Source: Dehalococcoidia bacterium
GTDB lineage: Bacteria; Chloroflexota; Dehalococcoidia; Bin125
NCBI GenBank assembly: GCA_963555985.3
Contig: OY820591.1
Coordinates: 1,056,001 to 1,120,000, forward strand
DNA length: 64,000 nucleotides
Direction of reading: 5' to 3'
Of the stretch, positions 8,445 through 18,187 are shown one piece after another. Each line of letters opens with the position of its first letter. Positions within the stretch are counted from its first letter, which is position 1. Under the pieces are notes generated by a model. It saw only the letters and a program-made list of their open reading frames with translations. It was not told the origin of the DNA and did not search any database. A program made the translations under genes and the position numbers.

Positions 8445-8460
8445 GCCGCTTAACCCGCCC

Positions 8461-8590
8461 AGCCCAACCGAACCTGAGCAGCCTGAACAAACCTGATCGC
8501 CTGAACGCCGTTTTTCCCAGCCGGCACAGGAGATCCGCAAATTCAGCCCGCCGAAAAAAATTCTCCCTGAACAACCTGAACAACCTGAAC
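8461..8590 (+). repeat. Dispersed intergenic element, copy A
   Basis: Core TCCCAGCCGGCACAGGAGATCCGCAA..AAAAAAATTC flanked by CCTGAAC tandem units; related to 23660-23790, 47250-47480 and 62185-62300. Confidence 0.7.
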
Positions 8591-8607
8591 ACCCCTACTC
8601 TGCCCGC

Positions 8608-9420
8608 ATGACCGACCACGACGACCCGCTCCCGCCCGCCCAACGCCTCAACGCCGACGCCGTCCGCTCCCGCCTTACCACTGCCCAGATCGGGCGCCAA
8701 CTCCACTACCTCCGCGTCACCAACTCCACCATGGACGACGCCCGCCGCCTCGCCGAAAGCGGCTGCCCCCACGGAACCACCGTCGTCGCCGACGAGCAGA
8801 CCGCCGGCCGCGGCACCAAAGGCCGCATCTGGGTCTCGCCTCCCGGCCAGAGCATCCACGCCACCCTCGTCGTCCGTCCCTCCGCCGACCAGCTGAAACG
8901 CCTCAGCATCATCACCCCCGTCGCCGCCTGCGAAGCCGTCGCCCGAACTAGCCCGCTCCAACCCACGATCAAGTGGCCCAACGACATCCAAATCGAACAC
9001 CGCAAACTCGGCGGCATCCTGATCGAAGCCGAGTGGGGCCGCAACCAACCCGACTACGCTCTGATCGGCATCGGCCTCAACGTCAACTTCGATCCCGCGC
9101 CCTGGGCAACCCAAATCGACCGCCCCGCTACCAGCCTCATGATCGAACTCGAAGCCCGCCAACAGCGCGAACCCGTCCTCGCCGAACTCCTCAACGCCTT
9201 CGAGACCGCCTACGAAGCCTGGGACAGCGAAGAACTTCACCAAGCCTGGAAATCCCGCCTCAGCACCCTCGGCCGCGACGTCCGCATCATCGGCCCCACC
9301 GGCGACGAGTTCGAAGGCCAAGCCGAAGACGTCAACCGCGACGGCGCCCTCCTCATCCGCAAGCCGGACGGAAATCTAGTCCCAGTCATCGCCGGCGAAG
9401 TCACCCTCCGCGATGCCTAA
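8608..9420 (+). CDS. birA: Biotin--[acetyl-CoA-carboxylase] ligase
   Basis: STMDDA, QTAGRG.KGR.W.SP, IKWPNDI, KLGGIL, GIGLNV; no N-terminal HTH. Confidence 0.95.
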   Translation: MTDHDDPLPPAQRLNADAVRSRLTTAQIGRQLHYLRVTNSTMDDARRLAESGCPHGTTVVADEQTAGRGTKGRIWVSPPGQSIHATLVVRPSADQLKRLSIITPVAACEAVARTSPLQPTIKWPNDIQIEHRKLGGILIEAEWGRNQPDYALIGIGLNVNFDPAPWATQIDRPATSLMIELEARQQREPVLAELLNAFETAYEAWDSEELHQAWKSRLSTLGRDVRIIGPTGDEFEGQAEDVNRDGALLIRKPDGNLVPVIAGEVTLRDA

Positions 9421-12400
9421 TCGAACCCCACAGGCGCAGGCAGCTGCACCGCCGCATCCTCCGCCTCTGGTGGGCGAACAACCCAGAGCACCTGCCCCGC
9501 CTCCAAGACGAGCGGCGGCCCTGGCAGGGCGTAGTAAGACCACGCGCCGTCGCCCCCAATCCACGCCCCTTGCACCGATCCGTCAAGCAACGTGGCCAAC
9601 TCCGACAAGAGCGTGCCCTCCGCGCCCGCAAAGGAAAGCTCGCTCAGGCCAGGACCAAGAACCATCTCAACAGGTTCAATCGCCGCAATCACGAGCAACG
9701 ACGGTCCGCGCAGCCGCACCTGGAGCCCCGTGCCAACCAAGGCAAGCGGGGCTTCGCTCCACTCCTGCGCAAGCAGATCGAAGGCAAAGGCTCGATAAGG
9801 CCCGCTAGCCTCGGGTACCGGAATCCGCACAGTCAACTCGACCGCATGGTCAATCGGCGTGCCGCGGCGATCTGAGACATCGATCCGCCACGCATCGACA
9901 AATCGGTTGCGGCCCTCGCCCGCCCATGCAGTACTCCACGCGCGAGGGAAGAACTCCTCCAGCCGAGCAAACCGCTCAACTCGTTCGACCTGCAGCCGCC
10001 ACATCTCCAGCTTCGATTCCGCCGCCAGATTCGCGTTCAGCCGAACACTCGCGGCGACACCGCCCTGCGCGATCCGCGTTAGTTCTGGTTCATGCTCGAG
10101 TTCCTCATCCGGCCAAGCGATCGCCGCGCTCAGTCCGTCGCCGGACAACTCGCGCAAGAGCTCCCGGCGCAACGCTGCATCGTCGCCCTCCGCCCGCAGC
10201 CGCGCCGCCTCAATCCGCTCTGACCACCCGTCTGCCCGCTCGGTCAGATTCACAACCTCAATTGCCGCCGACTCCATAAGCTTGTCGTCTAAATCTCTGA
10301 CGCCGCTGCCGTCCTCGGGCGCGAGATAGCGCAGCTCAACAGCGTCGAGCGCTGTGATCCGCTCAGCAAGCGTGAGCAGCAAGGCAGACGACCGCCACTC
10401 CAGCGACGACACCTCGAGCCGTCGCCGGCCCGCAATCACTAAGAACTGCTCTGCATCCGTCAGTCCCGGTTCGATTCGCTGATCGAATTCGACCTCAATG
10501 GCGGCGGCATCCGCACTGGCGGACACCATTGAAGGCGGCGTCTGCGTCACGTTGAGCGGCACGATCACGGAGCTTGCCACCCGATGTCCCGCCAAACCTG
10601 CCAAGCCGCCTCTCTCGCGGGCCAGATAGATCAGCGCCGGCTGGTCTTCGTCGCGGAGCGGCTGCGCAAGCTCAAGAAGCACCGTGCTGCCGCCGACAAT
10701 CACTTCGGCGATATCCAACTCCCGATCGTCCCCGAGCGACACAACCCACTGGCTGCGCGTGGAGCCAAGATCGAGCAGCGGCTGATCGAACAGGATCAGC
10801 ACCATCTCACGGCTGCCGTAGGCCGCGGTCATTCGCGGGGCTTGGCCCAACTCGTTGACTGCGACTCGAAATGGGGCGACCGCACCTTCGCTCCCACGCA
10901 GAGCCTCGCCGTCATAATGCAGAACAAGATCGTCGCGCGGCCCTGCCCCGGGAGCAGCCAATCTGAGCGACAAACGCGCACCGCTGATGTTCGTCACCGC
11001 AGTGACGTCCGGTGCGTGGGTCAGCTCGAATGCGCTCGCTTCGGGCAATGGAACAGCGGAGAGCGCCTGATCGAAGACGATGGCCAACTCGCGCAGATTC
11101 ACTGTCGCCGACAGCGGACAAGGAGCGGCTCGGTCGATGAGCCGGTTGAGCGAGAACGCTGCCAAGCCGCCTCCGCCTGTATAAGTGACCGCCACGGCAT
11201 CACCCAAACAGACGACGCGATCGAGGGTCAGCGCGACTCGCCCTTCGTCGATCGAGACGCTCGCAACCGTACCCTCCTCCCCGCCAACAGCGGCATTCCA
11301 GTTCTTCTTCGTCACGCTCGCAGGAGGCGTTTCAAAGTCGAGAAGCAGCTTCTTGCCTTCCGCTCGCAGACAGCTCAATCCCGCCGCCGCTGCAATCAGA
11401 TTGCTGACTCTGATCTCAAACGAGACGACCGCATATCCCTTGCCGTCCAACCATGGCTGCGTTTGAGCACTGCGGTAGACCAAGCGCACTCCAACGCATT
11501 CCGGTATCGGACGATCCAGAAGGAGCGTGAGCGACGAATCATCGACAGCCGCGCTCTGTAGCGCCAGCTCGACCTCACCTGCGTAGACGACGAATGCGCC
11601 CAGCGAGGGCGCACTGCCGCTCGCCAGAGCAGCGTCGAATGTCATGTTGATTTGCCGTCGATTGGATGTATCCACCGCCGCCGATACGGGAGCTGCCGCG
11701 ATCCGGTTGGCGACCGAAAACGCTTCGAATTGCTTTACCCGATTGTGTGATTCCGAAGTGTCGCGCAATTCCCATTCGGGACGCTCTGGCACGTGGGGGC
11801 GAGTGTACGAAGTCGTGATGACCTCGGTGCTGGACGCCTGTCCGGCTAGTGTCAATATGACGGCGCCGCTCTCGATCTCGACCTGCGTCAGCGCAATCCC
11901 CGCTTCTCCTGCGAAGACCTCGAACCATACCGCCGGCTCAGCGATGCCGTCCGGCGCGCAGATCGCGTCATACAGCTCAGCCGGCTCGTTCTCTTTCACC
12001 CACTCACAACTGGGGGGCGGCACGGCCTGTTCATCAAGCGCCTGATCGAACTGAATCGTCAACGTTTGCGCCTGAATCCACGCATGCTCCGCGATCGGTG
12101 CGACGTCAGTCCGATTCTCTACAGCAATCGTGAAGCTCGCGACCAGATTTGGAAGATCGTCGTCCTGGAGACTGTCTGTTTTGGGCGGGTTGTACGCTAG
12201 TGTCACTGCTTCGCCTTCGCGCAAGGGCCGGTCGTTGGTCAGCGTCAGAGTCAAGACGCTGCCGACGATCTCCTGATTGTCGACAACCGCGCCGCCACTG
12301 AGCTCGAATCTGTCGTTCGGCGGCTTCTTGCCCGGATTGAGATCCTGATCGAACACGACCGTGATCTCCGTACCCGTCTCGTTGGAGGCGGCGGCCACCG

Positions 12401-15400
12401 GAAACGGCGCATAGTCGGTCTCATTTTCGATCGAGGCGCTGAAGCCGGCGACGAGATTGCCGGATCCATCCCGAAGGCCATTCGTGTCGGGAACCGTATA
12501 CGTCAGGCTCAGATTGGCGTCTTCCACGACGCTCTGTTCCAGGGAAAGCGTTGCCGCAGCGCCTGCAATCGTCACGCTGTCTACCGCAGGGGCGCCGCTA
12601 CCCAAGTCGAACGCTGCCGTCTCAGGAGTGTGCGCTGTGGACAGCGGCTGGTCGAACGTGACCGTGACCGCCTCTCCATCGGCAACGGCGCCGACGAATA
12701 CGGGTGCGGTGTCGGTCAGATTGCTCAGTTGGTACTGGTCGATCTGGGCGCGATTTTGTCCTGGATCGTCGTCCCGGATCAAAGCAGAACCGTACGAAGG
12801 ATCGTAATCCAGCGAGACGGTATCCAGCTCATGGACAGCTGTGTCCAACGTGATCTGCAACCTGCCTGCGCCGCCCGAAGCGTCGTTCGAAAGCGCAATC
12901 GCGTCCACCGATACGGCTGCGCGGATGCCGCTGATCGTGAAGTGATCCGTTGGAATCGCTCTGGTCTCCAGGTACAGCGACTGGTCGAAGTCGAGTTTGA
13001 TCGCCGTGCCATTCACCGTCCCCGACAGCGGCACTGGCGCGGTGTCGGTGTGATTCTCGAGCTCGATCGCGCTGATGCTGACCGAATTGCCTTCAGGGTC
13101 CGCCATCCGCGTGGATGCTGTGGTTGGTGCGTACGTCAGGGAAAGCTCCTCGTCTTCGGCCAGCGCCGGACTGACTGTCAGCTTGACCACGCCCTGACCA
13201 TTGATGTTTTCGAGGCTCGCGGCGGTGACCTGATGCGCTGACGAACTTGTGCTGAATTCGGATGTGGATGGCTGACGCGCCAGCTCAAGCGTCTGATCGA
13301 AGACCAACCGGACACTCGTCAGCGCAGCCAATGCCTCAATCAGCACTGGAGGCGTGTCCGTCTGATTCGCCACGCTCAGACGGTGTCGCGCATCATCGGA
13401 GTCGAAACCAAGCACGTGGAGCGAATTGGCTCCGCGCAGCCGCGTGTTGCCGTCATCCGCCGGCCGATGCCGAATGCGCACATCAGCGTCTTCGATGAGA
13501 GCGCTATCCAGGGTCAAGGAGACGAGCTGCGACGAGAGCGCCACCGTCAGCGGTGGGGTCGCGTCATCAATCACGAACGAGCTTGTCAGCGGAATAGCCT
13601 CCTGATCGAGCGCGCTGTCGAAGGCGATCGCCAGTTCGCGTCCGTTCGCAGTCGCCGATATTGGCAGAGGAGGACCGGCGTGTTCGGCCTCGAAGGCGGA
13701 GAAACTCGCCGTGAGATTCTCGCTCAGGTCGCGCAAGCCGTAATCGGAGTCTTGCGTATACGTCGCGGTGACGACCTCCCCCCTCCGCGCGACACTCGAC
13801 AACCGCAGCACCACCTGAACTCCACTGACTTTGACTGCGGTCACATCTCGCTCGACGTCGGCGACCGTGACGCTGAAGGCGCTGATCCCGGGATAAACGC
13901 CTTCATTGAGCGTCTGGTCAAAGAAAATCGTGATACCAGCGCCGGAAACTGTAGCCCGCTGAGGCGCCGGAGCCGTATCGGTCTCATTCGTGATCGCCAG
14001 CGTGAATGCCGGGACAGCCGTACCGGTCTGGTCAATCAGATTTCCGGTTCGCGCCGGAGCGTACGCCACAGTAGCCAACTCGGATTCCCGAAAATCAGGT
14101 GATACCTGCACCGAGACGGTTGATCCGCTCACCTCAAGTGATGTCGGGATGGCCGTCGTTCCGCTGAGCGTGAACTGGGCGATGTCCACATCAGCGGTTT
14201 CGTCCAGGGGCTGATCAAATGTCAGCGTCAGCGTCGAGCCATTCGCGGTGGCGCTGGTCGCATTGGTGGGTGTTTCGGTTTCGTTCGTCAGGGAGAGCTT
14301 CGCAATCGTTGCTGCATTCCCTTCCGGATCGACAATCCCCGAATCCCCGGACGGAGTGAAGGTGAGCGTGACCGAAACGCCTTCGCGCACGCTTGCAGAG
14401 AGCCTGAGCACCAACACCCCCCGCGTCGTCTCGCTGTCGTTGGCAAGCGAGACCGATGAAACGCTGCGGCTCGGAACGAGACTGAAACCGGAGGCGTCCG
14501 GCTGTGTATCAAGATCAAGGTCCTGGTCGAAGCGAAGTTCGACTCGGTCTCCGTTGATCTGCGCGGACAGCACTCGCGGCGACGTATCGACCTGATTGTC
14601 AATCGCGCGCTCTGTCCACGCCTCCACCTGAAGCTTGCCCTGATCTAGATCCCTCAGGCGCGCCGCCGTTGGGTCTTTCGGAGGCGTATAGGAGAGCTTG
14701 CCCGCATCTGTTTCGTGCAACGTCGGAGAGAGCGTGAGCGTAACTGCGGAGCCGCTGACCGAGACCTCCGTGGCCGCGGCCTTGGTCCCTGTCAGCGTGA
14801 AGCTCGAAGCCGACGGTGTGCCGGCCGTGTCTTCGCGCAGCGTCTCGGAGAACCGCAGGCTCAGCGAGCCTCCGTCTCCCTCGGCGATCACACTTGTGAG
14901 TCGAGGAGCGTCGTCGGTTTCATTCGTGACGGCGAGCGAAAATGCCGCTAGCGCAGTGCCGGTCGTATCGACCAGTGCGTCAACATTGGGCGGGCTGTAA
15001 CTCACCGTCAGGGCGTCTCCATCAGTAAGCGCTGGTGAGATCGTCAATGTCACTACGGCGCCTTTGATCGCGACAGTTTGGACGGTCGCGGCGGGAACGG
15101 AGACGGTGAACGACGAGGCAGCCGGAACGACTTCTTCGTTGAGGGACTGATCGAACGTGATTCGTATGGCGCCCCCGTTTCCGATAGCGCGAGTAGCGGT
15201 TGTCGGCGTGTCCGTCCGATTCGTGAGCGCGAGGTCTTGGATGCTTGCCGCATTGCCTTCGGGATCGACGATCTGGGAGTCGCCATCTGGGCTGAAGTTC
15301 AGCGTCACTGTGTCGCCCTCTCGGACAGCCTTCGCCAACGTGAGTTCAAGCAGGCCCCGGCTACTCGATCCGCTGTTCGTCAGCGACACGGAGGACATCG

Positions 15401-18179
15401 ATCTGGACGGCGACAAGCTGAACCCTGAGGTTGCCGGCTGCTTCGTGAGGTCCAGATCTTGGTCGAACTCGATCCGTACCGCTGTCCCGTTCACCTCGCC
15501 TGATACGACGCGCGGCGCCGTATCGACCTGATTGTCGATCGTTTCGCCAGTCCAATCTGCAACTGCCAGCGTTCCCTGATCGGCGTCCCGCAGCCGCGGC
15601 GATCCCTGATCGGTCGGCTGTGCATAGCCGATGGACGCGGAGTCCGTCTCGTGCAGCGCCGGGGAGACGGCGAGCACGACTTCCCGACCACTCATCGACA
15701 CACCGCTCACCTGCGCCGCGGTTCCGCTGAGCGTGAAGGTCGTCCCTGCTGGTGTCGACGAGGCGGCCGCGCTCAGTGGTTCGGAGAATCGGAGCGTGAT
15801 CTGCGACCCACTACCCGTCGCGCTCGCGCTGACCAGGCTCGGCGCGTCGTCGGTCTGATTGACGACCGCGACATCGCTGAACGCCGCTACTGCGAGGCCG
15901 TTTTGCCCATTGAGCGGGGCGTCGGACGACGGCGCGAACGTCAAGCTCATGCTGGCCCCGTCGGACACGGCTGCGGCCAACTTGAGTGTGACAGTGCGCG
16001 TCGCAATCGTGAGCTCGGAGACGGACGAATCTGAGCCGTCCACCTTGGCGCTGAACGCGCTCGTTGAGACGGACGAGTTCGAGTCGAGATCAGCATCGAA
16101 GAGGATGCTGAGGGTGTCGCCGTTGACCGTCAGACTGGTGGGAGCCGGGGCGCTGACGGTCAGGTTCGTAACCGCAAAAGCGCTGATGTCCGCCACCTCT
16201 TGTGCGCCGCCGGCGCGTCGCAGCGGCTTGGAGTCGGGCGCGGTGTAGCTCAGAGCAATTGTCTCTCCTTCGACCACGCTGCTTGAGAGAGTCAGCGCCG
16301 CCGTGCGATCGCTGATCGTCAACGAAACGACCGTCGCCTCCGTCCCGGTCAGCGCGAACGCTGTGCTCGCCGGTATCTCCGTGGACTCAAGCGGGCGATC
16401 GAACACCAGGAGCAGGATGTCGCTTGCTACGTTGGCGCTGCTGAGGCGAGGCACGCCGTCGGCGCTATTGGCGACCGCGTAGTCACTCCAGGCCGCCACC
16501 GGATACTGGCCGTCGGCGCTTGAGAGGCGGGCGGCGTTGGCTCCGGTTGCAGGCGTATAGCCAAGCGTGATCACTTCGCCCGTATCGGCCAAGGGGCTGA
16601 GTGTGAGGCTGACTTCGGAACCGGAGACGCTAACACTCGTGATCGTCGCGCTCGTCCCGGTCAGAGTGAATGTGCTTGCCGCCGGCGTGCCGGCGCTGGT
16701 ATCTAGGAGCGAGTCGGAGAAACCCAGTGTGAGCGTGGTCCCCGCCGCGTTGATGCCGGCAGTGCTCAAGGTCGGGGCCGGGTCGGAGGTGTTGTTGACC
16801 ACCGCCTGATTCGAGAACGTCTCCACATCCCTGCTGTTGCGCCCGACCAGTTTGTGCGGGCTCGCTGATGGTTCCGTGTAAGACAGCGTGATCACATCAG
16901 TGTGAGACACCGCTGCGGAGAGCGTCAGCGTGACCACTGCTGCGGTAAACGCTGTTGCGCTCACGCTCAGTCCGCTGACGCCGCTGACCGCGAAGGCGCT
17001 CGCTTCCGCAACCGACCGCAGCGGCAGATCGAACGTTAAGGTCAGGGTGGAGCCGTCCACCGCCGCCGCCGACACTACGGGCGCTGTTTTCGGCGTTTCA
17101 TGGACTACTTCAAGACTGCTGAAGCGGTCCACGCTGTGCGTCTTCTCGCGATCCCGCAGGGACGGCGAATCTCCCGTCGCCTCGAAGTAGAAGAAGAATG
17201 TGTCCACACTGATCGGGACGATTCCGGACAGGCTCAACGTCACCGTTGAACCCTCAATCGACACTCCGGTGACGCTTGGTGGGAAGGTCACCTGATTGCC
17301 GAAACGCCAGGAATCGGTTGTCGGCACACTTGCCGGATCGAGCGCTTGATCGAAAGTGACCGTGATCTGTTCGTAGAGGGCGGTCCCGGCAGTCGCGACA
17401 GGGGCGGTGTCGGTGTGATTCGTGACAGAAAGCTCCGTCCAGCTTGGGACAAGCTGCCTCCCTTGATCGGCATCGCGCAGTTCTTTGTCATAATCCGCAG
17501 AAGAGCGATCGTAGGACAGCAACACCTGCTCTCCTTGCGTCAGTCCCCGTCTCGATTGCAACAGGATCGTGACCGTATCTGAACCGAATCGAACATCGTT
17601 GATGACCGGGTTGCTCTTTGCAGCCTCGATCTCGAACGCATCCACCGAAGACCACCAACTAATCGCTCCCAAGTCCTCGCAGAACGTGATGATGATCCTG
17701 TCACCGGCGGTGTTCGTGACGATGCTCTCAACCGCAGGCGGCAAATCCGTCTGATTCGTAACCGCTTGATCTGAGAATGCAGCCACCGATTCACCGTTTG
17801 CTCCGAGCAGCGGCCGCTGCGCCGGAACCTCGTAACTCACTACCACCGCCGACCGATCGCAATCCGGGTCGGGCGCGCTCTCACTGAGCGTCAGCGTGAC
17901 AGCTGTCCCTGCAACAGCGACGCTGGAGACCGATCTAGCCTCTGTGCCCGCCGCGACGCTGAATGCGCTCGCCGCTGGGATCGAAGAGGTATCCAGCGAG
18001 GCGTCGAAGCTCAGCGTCAGCGATGTTCCTGTAACCGAAGCCGAGGTTACCGACGGTATCGTTGCTGCCTCCGCTTGCTCAACTGTGAGCGAGCACATCG
18101 CGCGTGCCCAGACAAGAACAAGACTGAGGCAGAACAGCCAGGTGAGCGCAGAGGCATTGACCTGGCGAAAGGCAGCCAA
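9417..18179 (-). CDS. Giant (~2900 aa) surface protein with tandem SwmB-type Ig-like repeats
   Basis: Over 20 repeats of ~100 aa (AxVxGxxLTLTFDxxLDxxxxPxxSAFxV..VTLTL..V.LSYTxP..LxDxxGNxxxxF..VTN). Signal-like N-terminus; TTG 18179 chosen as start, just after the upstream gene's stop. Confidence 0.88.
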   Translation of the reverse strand: MAAFRQVNASALTWLFCLSLVLVWARAMCSLTVEQAEAATIPSVTSASVTGTSLTLSFDASLDTSSIPAASAFSVAAGTEARSVSSVAVAGTAVTLTLSESAPDPDCDRSAVVVSYEVPAQRPLLGANGESVAAFSDQAVTNQTDLPPAVESIVTNTAGDRIIITFCEDLGAISWWSSVDAFEIEAAKSNPVINDVRFGSDTVTILLQSRRGLTQGEQVLLSYDRSSADYDKELRDADQGRQLVPSWTELSVTNHTDTAPVATAGTALYEQITVTFDQALDPASVPTTDSWRFGNQVTFPPSVTGVSIEGSTVTLSLSGIVPISVDTFFFYFEATGDSPSLRDREKTHSVDRFSSLEVVHETPKTAPVVSAAAVDGSTLTLTFDLPLRSVAEASAFAVSGVSGLSVSATAFTAAVVTLTLSAAVSHTDVITLSYTEPSASPHKLVGRNSRDVETFSNQAVVNNTSDPAPTLSTAGINAAGTTLTLGFSDSLLDTSAGTPAASTFTLTGTSATITSVSVSGSEVSLTLSPLADTGEVITLGYTPATGANAARLSSADGQYPVAAWSDYAVANSADGVPRLSSANVASDILLLVFDRPLESTEIPASTAFALTGTEATVVSLTISDRTAALTLSSSVVEGETIALSYTAPDSKPLRRAGGAQEVADISAFAVTNLTVSAPAPTSLTVNGDTLSILFDADLDSNSSVSTSAFSAKVDGSDSSVSELTIATRTVTLKLAAAVSDGASMSLTFAPSSDAPLNGQNGLAVAAFSDVAVVNQTDDAPSLVSASATGSGSQITLRFSEPLSAAASSTPAGTTFTLSGTAAQVSGVSMSGREVVLAVSPALHETDSASIGYAQPTDQGSPRLRDADQGTLAVADWTGETIDNQVDTAPRVVSGEVNGTAVRIEFDQDLDLTKQPATSGFSLSPSRSMSSVSLTNSGSSSRGLLELTLAKAVREGDTVTLNFSPDGDSQIVDPEGNAASIQDLALTNRTDTPTTATRAIGNGGAIRITFDQSLNEEVVPAASSFTVSVPAATVQTVAIKGAVVTLTISPALTDGDALTVSYSPPNVDALVDTTGTALAAFSLAVTNETDDAPRLTSVIAEGDGGSLSLRFSETLREDTAGTPSASSFTLTGTKAAATEVSVSGSAVTLTLSPTLHETDAGKLSYTPPKDPTAARLRDLDQGKLQVEAWTERAIDNQVDTSPRVLSAQINGDRVELRFDQDLDLDTQPDASGFSLVPSRSVSSVSLANDSETTRGVLVLRLSASVREGVSVTLTFTPSGDSGIVDPEGNAATIAKLSLTNETETPTNATSATANGSTLTLTFDQPLDETADVDIAQFTLSGTTAIPTSLEVSGSTVSVQVSPDFRESELATVAYAPARTGNLIDQTGTAVPAFTLAITNETDTAPAPQRATVSGAGITIFFDQTLNEGVYPGISAFSVTVADVERDVTAVKVSGVQVVLRLSSVARRGEVVTATYTQDSDYGLRDLSENLTASFSAFEAEHAGPPLPISATANGRELAIAFDSALDQEAIPLTSSFVIDDATPPLTVALSSQLVSLTLDSALIEDADVRIRHRPADDGNTRLRGANSLHVLGFDSDDARHRLSVANQTDTPPVLIEALAALTSVRLVFDQTLELARQPSTSEFSTSSSAHQVTAASLENINGQGVVKLTVSPALAEDEELSLTYAPTTASTRMADPEGNSVSISAIELENHTDTAPVPLSGTVNGTAIKLDFDQSLYLETRAIPTDHFTISGIRAAVSVDAIALSNDASGGAGRLQITLDTAVHELDTVSLDYDPSYGSALIRDDDPGQNRAQIDQYQLSNLTDTAPVFVGAVADGEAVTVTFDQPLSTAHTPETAAFDLGSGAPAVDSVTIAGAAATLSLEQSVVEDANLSLTYTVPDTNGLRDGSGNLVAGFSASIENETDYAPFPVAAASNETGTEITVVFDQDLNPGKKPPNDRFELSGGAVVDNQEIVGSVLTLTLTNDRPLREGEAVTLAYNPPKTDSLQDDDLPNLVASFTIAVENRTDVAPIAEHAWIQAQTLTIQFDQALDEQAVPPPSCEWVKENEPAELYDAICAPDGIAEPAVWFEVFAGEAGIALTQVEIESGAVILTLAGQASSTEVITTSYTRPHVPERPEWELRDTSESHNRVKQFEAFSVANRIAAAPVSAAVDTSNRRQINMTFDAALASGSAPSLGAFVVYAGEVELALQSAAVDDSSLTLLLDRPIPECVGVRLVYRSAQTQPWLDGKGYAVVSFEIRVSNLIAAAAGLSCLRAEGKKLLLDFETPPASVTKKNWNAAVGGEEGTVASVSIDEGRVALTLDRVVCLGDAVAVTYTGGGGLAAFSLNRLIDRAAPCPLSATVNLRELAIVFDQALSAVPLPEASAFELTHAPDVTAVTNISGARLSLRLAAPGAGPRDDLVLHYDGEALRGSEGAVAPFRVAVNELGQAPRMTAAYGSREMVLILFDQPLLDLGSTRSQWVVSLGDDRELDIAEVIVGGSTVLLELAQPLRDEDQPALIYLARERGGLAGLAGHRVASSVIVPLNVTQTPPSMVSASADAAAIEVEFDQRIEPGLTDAEQFLVIAGRRRLEVSSLEWRSSALLLTLAERITALDAVELRYLAPEDGSGVRDLDDKLMESAAIEVVNLTERADGWSERIEAARLRAEGDDAALRRELLRELSGDGLSAAIAWPDEELEHEPELTRIAQGGVAASVRLNANLAAESKLEMWRLQVERVERFARLEEFFPRAWSTAWAGEGRNRFVDAWRIDVSDRRGTPIDHAVELTVRIPVPEASGPYRAFAFDLLAQEWSEAPLALVGTGLQVRLRGPSLLVIAAIEPVEMVLGPGLSELSFAGAEGTLLSELATLLDGSVQGAWIGGDGAWSYYALPGPPLVLEAGQVLWVVRPPEAEDAAVQLPAPVGFD

Positions 18180-18187
18180 TCGCGCCG

